The notes below the pieces were generated by a model that saw nothing but the letters and a program-made list of their open reading frames with translations, was not told where the DNA came from and did no database searches. 64,000 nt of DNA, from NCBI RefSeq assembly GCF_004010195.1, contig NC_057713.1, positions 21,143,935 through 21,207,934 on the forward strand, read 5' to 3'. Within the stretch, counting starts at the first letter, position 1, and the number at the start of each line of letters is the position of its first letter. The DNA is from Chiloscyllium plagiosum. Its lineage: Eukaryota. Positions 37,320 through 48,754 of this stretch are shown here, piece after piece. The position numbers and the translations under genes are program-made.

Positions 37320-37430
37320 AGACCTGCTGGAATGCGTCTGTAGACAGGCAGGAGGCTGGAAGAACACAGCTAGCCAGGCAACATCAGGAGGTGAAGAATT
37401 CAATGTTCTGGGTGTAACCCTTCTTCAGAT
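37320..37430 (-). mobile_element. Penelope-terminus element, subfamily P2
   Basis: Reverse homolog of 22745-22867; ctgaaga-a-gggt-tac-accc-agaac-att on the minus strand. Confidence 0.75.
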
Positions 37431-37436
37431 CCTGTA

Positions 37437-37870
37437 AGTCCTCAGATGCTGAGTCAATCCTTCTACATGTGCACTTATACCCAAACATTATCAAAGCTTA
37501 GGCTAAGGTGGCAGTTAATATTTATGCCAACAAATACTAGACAACCACCATCTACAGCAAGAGGATTTTAACCGTCTCCCCTGACATTTTATGGCACAAC
37601 TATCATTGAATGGCCTACTATCAATATTCTGAGGGTTACCAGTGACCCTCAACCCGGCATATAAAAGCACTGTGGTTGCAAGAGCAGATCAGAGGCACAC
37701 AATATTGTAGCAAGTAAACAACCCCTTAATTACAAAATCCTGTCTGCTATCTACAAGACAATGATTGGAGTTTCATGGATACTGTTTACTTGCCTGGATG
37801 AGTACAGATCCAACAGCCCTCAAGAAACTCAGCAATATGTAGGACAAAGTAGCCCAATCCTCCAACCAAT
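37437..37870 (+). mobile_element. LINE family B, RT C-terminal fragment
   Basis: Homologous to 7725-7870 and continues with INILRVT..; ARADQR; LSAIYK; CLDEY-like decayed coding. Confidence 0.75.
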
Positions 37871-38546
37871 GCACAATGCTAGTAAACTGTGTCATCTACA
37901 TAATGCACAATTACAACTTATTTTCCAACTTCAGTCATATGAGTGTGTTTGTAAATTCATCCCGAACATGGTTATGTTAATTAACACTTGACAGAACACA
38001 ATTCCCTCACTGATCTCATCAGCATTTTAGTTAAAAAAAATACACAGAAAATTAGAGGCCGTGTGAGGTATCTATAACTCATGGGGCTATTTCCACTCTT
38101 CGTTACCAGCCATATCTGTACAATTCAGGCACAGTTGGCCAACGCAAAGTAAAAGCTTGTTCCATTGAAATACTCGTTGGACCCAAAGGCATTTGCATTC
38201 GTCGCTTTTGCCAATTTTCTGAAATGGACCATGAGCACAAATCAGTTGCAACCACCTTGCTGGGCATTGTAAGATTCCACAATCACATTAGATTGGAAAG
38301 ACTCTTCAAATTGCACTCATTTTCTCTGGTGCACCAGCAGGCACAGATTTGAGGTTTTTTTCATATCAGAAAATTACTAAGAAACTGATTCAAATGCAAG
38401 CATTAAATGGTGCATCTCAGCCATGATGAAAAATCAAGTTAAATACAGGTAGAAATTGTAAAAGAGTTGTTAATTTTGGTGATTATATATTCAGCTAATG
38501 TTTAATCCAATTTAAAATGAATTCTGAAATACATCTCTGAATTACA

Positions 38547-38843
38547 GAATCCCTACAGTGCAGATAGAGGCCCTCTGGCCCATCAAGTCTGTATCGACCC
38601 TCCAAACAGCATCCTACTCTATCCCCATAGCCACATGCCTAGTTGAGCTAACCTGCATATTCCTGGACACGTTGAGACAATTTAGCATGGCAAATCCACC
38701 TAATCTGCACATTGTTGAATTGTGGGAGAAAGCCAGACCCTCCGAAGGAAACCCCGGCAGACAATCACCCGAGGCTGGAATCAAACCTGGATCCCTGGGG
38801 CTGAGAGGCAATAATACTAACCAGTAAGCCATCATGCTGTCCC
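38547..38843 (-). mobile_element. HE1-type V-SINE
   Basis: Reverse homolog of 15271-15588 with internal deletions. Confidence 0.88.
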
Positions 38844-40439
38844 ATGGACTAGAGTGGGCTAGAATTTGCTGTCAGCAGTATATCAACAGCTTTCTGCTTC
38901 TATTGAGACTTTTTTCTCTGACCGCTCCACAATTCTATAAGGGACAAGCAAGGCGCAGAACAAGGTCCTCTCCCTTCAGCTTTGCTCTGAGGTTGGTGGG
39001 AGCAGTTCAATGGCAGGGGTCAAACACAAAATTTGGATAAATCAAATTTTATTTTCATCAAGAAAGATTCTTCTTCTTGAAGGATGATAGTATGCTTTGG
39101 AGTAAAGGGAATGATAGCATAGTTCGTGCATTGCCTGTGGGAGGTCTGTTGAGTTCAAGGTCTGCATCTTATCCTCTAAATAGTAAGTTGGCATGCCCAC
39201 AACAATATCGATAAGTGTCCTGGGTCTCACCTTTACCAGGTCAATAGCTCTTACTTTCTCAGTTTAATCGAACTATTGCATAGTTGCGATGAGACATTTA
39301 CAATACAGATACAAAATCATTTCAAATCTCAGGGCTGGATTTCAAGACTGGGACTATCTTGGGTTGCTTTATGACATTGCAGGCGTTGCACAATTTGAGT
39401 TGTTTCTGTTAATATTACAGTTTGAGTCTCACATAGAGCAGCAACTGGCTAATTGCTCAAGTTGGCAAAATAACCTCATCGCAATGATTTCACTAAGATT
39501 ACAATGACAGAAGTGTGACTCTTATCTGCAACCGCACCATAGGGATTTTTTTCACTAGGATTTCAGTGAAGCTGAATGAAGGCTGTGTGAAGTTAACATC
39601 CATTTAGCCTGTGAAAATGCACAACAACACACTTCCAAACTTTTGTTCAGAAAGACTGTTTCTTTTTTGTTGGTCAACTCCATAACACAGTAGATGAAAG
39701 ATGAAGTCCAAAGGAGTGAATGTAGCTCAGTATGTCAGTCATTGTTTCTAGAGAGAACAGGCAAATTAACATTAAACATAGCAAGAAAACATTGGAGACA
39801 AACAGCATATAAAAAGAGGAGAGAGATTAAATAATTGTTTCAAACAATGATGTATATAAGTAGTCATTTGGGAGTGCAGAATTTGAATATTGCTGAAAAA
39901 AGATATTCTGCTGAAACTTTTCATCTTGCTGTTATCAGGACATTTCATCAGAAATATTAATCTAAAGGGAAATGTATGTATGAAAGTAGAATCCTGATTG
40001 GTTGGCATGTGGACTCTGATTGCTACAGGCATTACCACATAGAATGCACCAGTTAATGATGATTGGCAGTTAACTTACAAGCTTTGTATACAATTTTTGC
40101 CAGTTTATCAAGACTGCAAAATTCATAAGGTGCAGTCTGGGCTCTTCTCATGATGAATAGGGACCACCTTAGACATGTTTACAAGTTTCTGTAATATATA
40201 GCAAGAAATAATCTGATCACGGCAGCTATTATCCCATAAGATGGCTTCGATATACTCTACTTCAGCTTTGCACAATGCACAAATATCTCAGGCCCTATTT
40301 CTGAACATTTTAATATGACTACCCTCATAATATATGGATCTATAAGAATACCAAAGTATATTTTGACCAATAGTGTATCTGGTTTGCAGGTGATCATGAA
40401 AGTAATCATAAGATGTCATTTTAAAATTCACAGCTCTAT

Positions 40440-40730
40440 TTTCAAACTCTATTCCTCTCTATAATCCCCTGTCACTATACCCATGCCCTAGGTCTCTGTC
40501 TTTCTTCACGTTTGCCTTAAATAGGAATTCCAGTTTTAAGTCTTCCAACATTGAAAGAGCAATGCGAACTGTCAAGAGCACAAACTTTATAATTCTTTCC
40601 CTAAATTTCTCAATCTTTATCCTTCTCTAAGCCATTCCTCAAGTCATACTTGTGAGCCAAGCTTTTGTTCAGCTGCCTTAATATCTATGAGCTTGATTTC
40701 TCATTCCTGTGAAGCATCTGTGGAATTTGC
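40440..40730 (+). mobile_element. Old L2-like 3' end
   Basis: aattctttccctaaa...gccaagcttttg...tcctgtgaagcatctgtgg, a typical L2 3' region, heavily decayed. Confidence 0.5.
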
Positions 40731-40749
40731 CGAATTAGCAAGTAGTCAA

Positions 40750-41000
40750 GTCCAAAACATTGTATGATTACAAGAGGGAGTTGGATATACCACTTGGGGC
40801 TAAAGGAATCAAAGGTATGGTGGAAAAGTGGGAACAGACTATTGAAATGTAATTGCTGGGATAAAGATTCTAAGACAGTTCAGAAACAATCTGGCAAGAA
40901 ATGACTGTCAGAAGTAACAGCGTTGTGATCATAACGAATGGTGGAGCAGGCTTGAAAGGCCGAATGGCTAACTCCTGCTCCTATTTTCTATGTTTCTGTC
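40750..41000 (+). mobile_element. CR1 3' tail carrying a 75-bp templated insertion
   Basis: CR1 tail ...gaatggtggagcaggcttgaaaggccgaatggctaactcctgctcctattttctatg. 40853-40927 is not CR1 sequence. Confidence 0.85.
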
Positions 41001-41519
41001 TTGCTTCTCTTATAACTCCCTGTTCCAGTACCCCTCCATCAGAAAATATCCCTAAATAATTTTTGCGAACATATGAACATATGAATTAGTCTTTCCCTCA
41101 CTCGCTCAATCATTTATGTCACTTTGAAACATTTTCACCTGACTGCGTAACTTCCAATAGCTCTTCACAAACCATTGAACTGAGAGAAATTCTGCTGGCT
41201 TGCCATTTAAATTCTTCCGAAAACACAGTTCTGATCTATTAACACATGCCAGGTTATGTCTGCTAAATACATCCATGGATATGTTCGAAGTCTGCATACA
41301 GTGAGTTTAGACAGTCTTTCACACTGCTCAAACACTCTTTCATGTTTGCTCGCTCCTTTCATTTTTAAATAGGCTTGCAAAAGGATTTTTTTTTCATCAC
41401 AGCAGTAGAACATAACATCAAAGCAGTAAGGCTTTCACTCCATCCACAATGCTGTTACTTCTGACAGTCATTTCTTGCCAGATTGTTTCTGAACTGTCTC
41501 AGAATCTTTATCCCAGCAA
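40853..41519. repeat. 75-bp inverted repeat pair (40853-40927 / 41445-41519)
   Basis: 73/75 reverse-complement identity by hand alignment. Confidence 0.95.
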
Positions 41520-42364
41520 ATGCTTGCTGTGAGCCCACCGTCCTCTGAAGAATGTGTAATCTTTATATTAAATAAGCTACAAAATTACTCTGTGGTTTGA
41601 AAAAAAAAATCAGACAACACTATTATTCCCTTTAAGCTGGCAGTTAATTGTGCAGTATTTAGTTCCTAACTTCCCTATTTCCAGATTTAGCATAATGTAC
41701 TGTATCTCATGCATATTAGTATTCACCAATTTCTCTTTCCCTCCGCAATCTTTTGACCAAATGCAGATTTGCTTCTAGTAAGAAACCGTGCATAATTGAA
41801 AGCTTGGGCAGAGTTCAAGCTGGAATTTCTAACTAGATCTTCCACCTATGGCACTGTATTCTGAAAGGTTTTGAAGAGAGTGCAATGAAAAAGCAAAAAA
41901 AAAACTACTCAAAAGAATCTCAGCAATATTGGGGGCCATGGGAAAATTTATGGTAGAATTGTGTGAGAAGTCTGGTGAGGCCTATTTCAAAGTAAATAGC
42001 ATCTCACGCCATTCCTTAAGCTTTTCATGTGGTAAGTTTCTTGCTAGATAGCAGCGACTTGTTAATTAAAGGGAATTATTACTTGTTAACTACCATGTGG
42101 AGGGGTCAACCTGCTTCAGTAATAGTCAGCTTTCTATTTTATCAAATGCACCTAGCTGAATGATAATGTGCTTCGTTCATCTCTCACCTGCATCATGAGT
42201 GAGCAGCTATGGCAAAAACATATGCAATCATCAGACAGGCATGTCCTCACTGAAATCTATGGAGGTTTATCGGTAATGAGGTCCCAGGACAGTAAGTCAA
42301 AGGAAGCCGCCTATGCTAGTCCAGAGGCCAACTCTTAAGTGTCCAGAAAGTAGATTTCAATTCT

Positions 42365-43060
42365 GAAACAACACCTCCGGTTGTAGACTCTCCCACAGGG
42401 GGAATCAACCTTTCTGCATTTGTCAAATCCCTTCAAAATCTTGTACATTTTAATAAGGATACCACTAATTTTGCAACAATTTCAGGCCTAATCTACTCAA
42501 CCTCTTCTTATAAGACAGTCCCTCCATAGCTCGTAGAAGCCAAGTGAACATTCTCTGAACTGCTTCCAATGCCAATACACCTTTCCTTAGATAAGGGGTT
42601 CAAAACCATTCACACTATTCCCAATGTGGTCTGACGAGTGACTTAATAATTTTTAAACAACTTCCCTATTTTTAGACTCCATTTCCTTTTTAATAAAGAC
42701 AAATATACAATTTGCCTTCCTTCTTATCCGCTGAACTTGGATGCTAGCATTTAGTGGTTCACGAATGAGGGCTCCTAAAACCTCTCTGCTCTGTAGCTTT
42801 CTGTAGTTTTTCTCCATTTAAATAATAATAATAATAATAATTGTTTTCTTACTGCATAACCTCACACTTTCAAACATTTTATTCCATCTGCCAATTTTTT
42901 GTCCACTTCTTTAACCTGTCTACATCCTCTGTAGACTCTTTGTGTCATCCTTACTACTTGCTTACACATCTATTTTAGTGTCAGCCACAAACCAGGCTGT
43001 TGTCCATTTACTTTCCTCATCCATATCATGCATAAAGCATTGATCCCTGTGACACACCAC
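42365..43060 (-). mobile_element. CR1 LINE RT/C-terminal fragment
   Basis: AWFVADTKID (decayed KFADDTKIG) in ORF 42962..43234; homologous to 12100-12800. Contains (aat)n at ~42822-42841. Confidence 0.85.
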
Positions 43061-43069
43061 TCTGAGTGC

Positions 43070-44000
43070 TAGCAGCCTGGGGTATTCCTTCGCCAGCCAG
43101 GTTTGGAATTGTTGCAGTGATGTACTAAACCTTCTTGGCCTCACGCTTCCACGAGGTATCAGTTTCTGTGCTGGAGAGAGGTGCAACAGGCTGCCTTCCC
43201 AATGCTTCATCTGAGACCTCTCATTCTCAGACATCCAGGAGGTAGCTTCAAAGGGAGCTGGACATTTCTTTTGTAGGGGTGCTGTCAGGATCTACAAGGC
43301 ATTGCAGCCAGCACTCACAAGTAGAGAGCAATGAATAAGACAGAGAGCAGGGTTAATGAGAGGTTAGCAGTGGAATGAAGGGTGGGCGTTACTTGGTTGA
43401 TGGGTCATGGCATCCCCTCAGGAGTGGTCTCTGCCTTCCGAAAGGGCCCAGATTCTTCATTCATGTGGTACTTAAGATCAGGCACCTCCCCACCTACATG
43501 GGCACGCTCTGCCTTGTCTTTTCTGGAATAAGTGAAAGGGAGGAGTTGTGTAATGTTGGGTGGCTAGGCTGTTAGTACCATTGAAGGTGGCCAAAAGGTA
43601 GTGAGGTGCTCGGAGGATATGAGTAAGCAGCATAGAAACCACATGGGAATGTAGGAGGTTGGGGAGAGTGAGGGCAAGTGAGGGAAGAGATCACAGGCGA
43701 GAGTGAGAGTGGCAGAGATGGAGGCAGCAGCAGAGTGATTGATTGTGAGGGTGGCAGAGAGGAGAGGGTGGCACATACCCTGACACACAAGGGCCATTCT
43801 CCAGACTGCAGGTACAGCTGTGCTCCTGGTGGCTACCTCGAACCAAGCTGCCAAGGTCTGTCAGCATGGCCTCGTTTGCCTCTCTTCTGGACAAAGAATA
43901 GCCAGCTTTGCCCTCGAGCAGGAACTCCAGATCCCTGCCTGGGAATCATAGCACCATCCTACAGTTCTCCAACAGATCAGTCAACAAGTACAGTGACATC
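43070..44000 (-). pseudogene. Decayed Harbinger-type Myb/SANT gene (copy C)
   Basis: GRDLEFLLEG..; QTLAAWFEVATRSTAVPAVWR; donor context gggtatgtgccacc (43767-43780 reverse) identical to copy B; next exon KDKAERAHVGGEVPDLK; later APLSSTETDT. Confidence 0.7.
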
Positions 44001-45264
44001 AGAATATCAATGCTTGTCCAGATGCACAATGGCCTTTTAAAAGATGGCACCAATGAAACGCACACCAGTTGTTCAATGAATATCCGCAGAGGGGCGAGCT
44101 GTTCTGGGAATTGAATCAGATATGACAGATGCTATCGGGGTGGAGTTGGTAACCAATGCTGTGAATTTGGTAACAAACAGTGAGCGAGATTGCGAGGTCT
44201 TGGAGCAAGAAAATCCTTCAAAACAAAAACTCAAGGCAACCCAAACTTAGCCAAAACAAAAACTTGAAGATTCAATCCAAGGAGTTTTTGAAGCTGCTGA
44301 ATAGTCTTCATGTTAGTCTAACAACTGCTTGTGGTTTCAGACGAATGGAAGTCAAGAAGATTCTGAGCTCAATCAAAATATTTGGATGGATAGAATCTTA
44401 ACAAGTCAATCTGAACCTCTTAATTCACAATTTAGATACACGTACCAATGAATCAGACAGAAAAAAAACACCACCCGAATCACTGCTAGTGTCTGCGAAA
44501 TGTCTGCGATTAAATTCAAATTATAATTGATTAGTTTTCTTCAAGTTGCCCTCAAAAGCCTTGCATCCAAGTGCTCAGTCTGTCCTCAGGGTAGTATTAC
44601 AAGAAATAAATCAAAATATTTGAAATTGTTTTCAGCAGAAATTATAAGTATAAACAAAATAGATATTCAGGACTCAACAAGTCTAACTTGTTTTTTGAGA
44701 TAAACCCTACCAATCGTGAAGATCGTTCAATGTTTTGCCTTTCCAGAAACACCACAACTGAGAACCTTGAACATAACCATATTGTGCACTTTAAGAGTTC
44801 CCTCCAATAAGATCAACTATAATATTTATTTTTCTTTTTTGCAAAAAAAAGTCATTGCTCTGCTTCATTACTCTTAACTTTTGTAATTTTAATGTTACTT
44901 AATAGTTAAACCCTTTATTCACAGTGCATAATGATCCAGGTTTGTCAATTTGATATTGGAGGCTTGAAGGGAATGCCTGGAGTTTGAATGTGAATCTGAA
45001 TTTTTATTCTGAAGAAAACATGAGCAGTGCTAGATGGAATTTTCTTTTTTTTGTTCCCCTCTATCCCCTTTCAGGAGAAATAATGTCATTCTTTTTAATT
45101 GGAACTCTCTTACAAGCAACCCAGATATTTCACTTTTGATGTGATATGAACAGAGGTTCCAATGGTTACAAAACTATATTTTTGAAATTTGAACTGTACA
45201 TTCTCCAGCTGAACAATAAAGTGGAAGTGAGAACTCTCATGAATCTGTGCAATTTTTAAAATAT

Positions 45265-45460
45265 TTGGCAGGGTACACCTGGCTCAGCCAATATTCATTG
45301 CCCATTACTAATTGCTTTGAACATGAGTGATCTGCTAGGCTATTTCAAAGGGCAGTGAGCAGTCAACTACATTGCTGACTCACATGTAGCCAGAGCAGAT
45401 ATGGACATTAGTGAACCAGATGGTTCTTTTTATAGCAATCGACAATAGTCTAAATAGTCA
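45265..45460 (-). mobile_element. SINE family B fragment
   Basis: Reverse-complement of the SINE B tail and body (attcattgcccatt..; ggacattagtgaaccagatgg). Confidence 0.7.
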
Positions 45461-45464
45461 TCAA

Positions 45465-46242
45465 GAAAGGATATTATTTCTTTGAAGGAAGTTCAGAGAA
45501 GGCAGATGAGGATAATCCCCAGTATGGAGGGATTGTCTAATGAGCAAACGTTAAATAGGTGGATATTTTTAAAAATTTAATCATGGGATGCGGGGGTCAC
45601 TGACTGGGGCATCATTTATTGCCCATCCCTTGTTGCCCAGAGGGCAGTTAAGAATCAACCACATTGCTGTGGGTCTGGAGTCACATGTAGGCCAGACCAA
45701 ATAAGGATAGCAAATTTCCTTACTTAAAGGACTTTAGTGAAGCAGATGGATTTCTCCTGACCATCAACATGGTTTCATGGTCATCATTAAACTCTCATTT
45801 CCAGATTATTGCTGCCATAGTGATACACTCACTGAAGTTCAGGAGAAAAAATGGTATTCTCGTTGAAACATATAGGACTCTTAAAGGACTTGACAGGGTA
45901 AAATTTGAAGGATGCTTCCCCTCATGGGAAAGTGTCGGACCAGATGGCATAGTCTCAGAATTAAGGAGTGCTGATTTTACACTGAGACAAGGATGATTTT
46001 TTTTCTTTCAGAGAGTTGCGAGTCTTTGGAACTCCTTGCCAAATAGAGCTGTGAGGGCAAAGTCCTTTGCCACCTTTAAGACTGAGATTGATAGATTTTT
46101 GATCAGTTGGGGAATCAAGAGTGATGGGAAAAGGGCAGGAAAGTGGACTTGAGGAATACTGGAATGGCCATGATCCTGTTGAATGGTGGAGCAGCCTGGA
46201 GTAGGAACGGCCTACTCTTGTTCCTATTTCTTAAGGTCTTAT
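45465..46242 (+). mobile_element. CR1 3' end split by a SINE B insertion (45575-46545 region, minus)
   Basis: CR1 coding at 45465-45562 resumes at ~45822 (SLKFRRKNGILVETYRTLKGLDRV) and runs to a tail at 46242. SINE B tail/body at 45575-45815; a SINE B head fragment lies at ~46290-46545. Confidence 0.8.
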
Positions 46243-46336
46243 TAGGCTGGCCTTTTGGTCCACATTTTTATTAAATTACATTTTTGCCCTCTGCAAAGTG
46301 GAATTCCAACCCACGACCCTATATTACCACCAGGCA

Positions 46337-46473
46337 GTTCTGAGGAAGGGTCACCAGACCCAAAACATTACTTTTGATTTTTTTTACACAGGTGTTGCCA
46401 AACCTGCTGAGCTTTTCCAGCAATTTCTGTTGCTGTTTCTGATTTATAGCATCTGCAGTTCTTTTGATTTTTA
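46337..46473 (+). mobile_element. Penelope-terminus element, subfamily P3
   Basis: ctgagga-a-gggtc-acca-gaccc-aaaac-att ... cctgctgagcttttccagcaatttctg ... agcatctgcag. Confidence 0.85.
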
Positions 46474-48027
46474 CCCTAAAACATTAGCCTAGGTTTCTAG
46501 ATTGCTAGTTCAATGACAATGCCACTACATCATCACCTACCCCCCAAGACAAGACGTCTCTACAAAACAGTGCTGAAATTTGTTTAAGCCTCTCAGTTTA
46601 TGCAAAAAATAAATTGGTTCCTACCGAGGTCCTGAAACACCAGAGGAATTTCTTGTGAATGTGGGGATTTTCACTAATATGACAACCAATCTCATCTTGT
46701 CAGGTATGATCAGAACAGATGACAGATGTTTGCAGAGAGATAGGAAAGGATAGAATAAAGGGTAAAGGGAGGATTTAACCTCGTAGCACTGAATGGAAAT
46801 GTGAAGGGGCGGATGCTGGGGACAATGACAGGGCAAGAAGTGTGAGAAAGGAGAGTTTAAACATTGACTGATAGGGGGCAAGTAAGTATCAGAATGAAAT
46901 GGGGAAGTGGTGGCAGAATGAAGTGGGGGAATTTGGACTTAGATGAGTGACAATTTGAGCTGGAAGGTTAAGGTTAATGAGAGCGGTGAGTTGAGGTAAA
47001 GTTTTAGAAAGTGATCCTCTAGTTGGTCTCCTGAAGATTCAAATCCACTTGTCATTATCTTGAGAATTAAAAATCTTGCCAATTTCAGAATGGTAATGTG
47101 CTTATAACTAACAATGCTCATTTTCAATATAAACATTTGAAAATTTGAACCCAAATCCATCATCAACTTTTATCTTCAATGTTCAGATTCCACTACCTCA
47201 CATCACTGCCATCTCCCAAACGTCCTGCTCTCATTTATTTTCCTTCTGTTACTTATCCGTTAACATAACAAGGAAATGTGAAACATACTGCCTGAGTTAC
47301 AAACATCACCAGTTGTTTATCTTGATACCAGAAGTTTAAATCTCTCAGGCCACATGTTTCAGATTCTGGGAAATTGCATTAGTTTATTTCCACTCGGCTC
47401 CTGCCTCGAGTTACAATTGGGACACAGTGATGACGGATTGGATAACGTTTTTCATGTACCGTTATGAGTAGTTTTGAAATTCACAAGCCTCCTTTGTCGG
47501 AGGCCATGTGCAAATTGTATTTCGACAGGAATGGAGAACACTCCCAGTGTTAATTGTTAGCCCTAATCATTCAGTGCTAGTACCGGCTCAATGCATCAGT
47601 GTTAATTGTACATTTCTTGTCCATTAAATGATCCAGTTTTGTTCTTAACTCTCTCACCATGATCTTCCAAATTTTGTGAAGTTTTTGACCTTGCTCTTGT
47701 ATTGACTCCTTTCTTCAATAGGTTGGTCTGACAGGGAAACACTTGTTGATTTATGTTGATGAGGCCCATGGTTAAAATATTAGGTAAGTCCTTATTATAA
47801 TATTAAAGCTCAAGCTCCATACTTATAAAAATGAGCCCTCTTGGTTCTTTGTGAGGTTGTGCTTTTGTTGGGATCAGGTGACGAAGGGTCATGGCTCCTT
47901 TCTTTCTCAATCCTCTCTCTGTTATTAACAACAATTTATTTTTTTAAAATTTCATCTTTCTAGTACATAGCTATCACACTTCAGTTAAACATAATTAACC
48001 AGGACAAAAATGAAGGAGATTTTCTTG

Positions 48028-48754
48028 CATTATGAAGTTGAAGGCATGTACAGTACCTTTAAGAAAGAGAGAGATTGCTGTTCTGAACTAAGAGATTACA
48101 AACCTCTGTCTATATGACTAGATGGTAATCCTAGAGTGTACTGGGAAATTGCAAATATGTAACATTTGGCTGTGAAACTGATACCTGAGTTCTGGTTGCT
48201 GTTTTGACAACAATTCGAATGTAACCAATCAGTTTAAATTATGCCCCAGGATACTAAAACCCAATTGAGTTTGAATTTATTATTTTACCAGCATTGATCC
48301 AGTGATGGAGATATAAAAATGCTAGCATTTTGATAATTGGAAAAAAAGCCAAGAAATTAGGAAACACTCTTTATCAAAAGTACAAAAGAAAAATATTCCT
48401 AGTGAAAATAAAGAAGGCAACCCAGGGAAATCAGCAGCTGGAAGAGTGAAGTCACAGAAGATGACTGTGGCTGTGTGGTTTTGAAATTAAGTTGATGCAA
48501 TTTTAGTAAGTGTCTTATTGGAACAGCATATTGTTATAGAATTGGAGGCAGGTTAAGAGAAAGGGGGCTTGGAGTTGTGAATAGTTGTTGTTTAATGTTC
48601 ACTTTTCGTGTTAAAAAATAAATTGACATTATTTTTTTTACTTAGTGGAATGTGCGAGTTCTCTGTCACTTATATTTTAACATATTATGAAGCGAGGTTG
48701 GCTTTTCTAGGTGTTTGGTTAATTAACAGAAGGGTTCACTGCCATGTCTTAACA
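48028..48754 (+). mobile_element. Solo LTR (~727 bp) with 4-bp TSD
   Basis: cttg at 48024-48027 and 48755-48758; ends ..ttaaca; TATA-like gatataaaa (~48310) and AATAAA (~48617). The 5' TG is altered. Confidence 0.6.

Noticed and set aside
38060-38340. Coding exon in a CpG-containing unique segment
   Set aside because: Minus-strand translations gave only short unrecognisable peptides without convincing splice sites; it may be non-coding conserved sequence.
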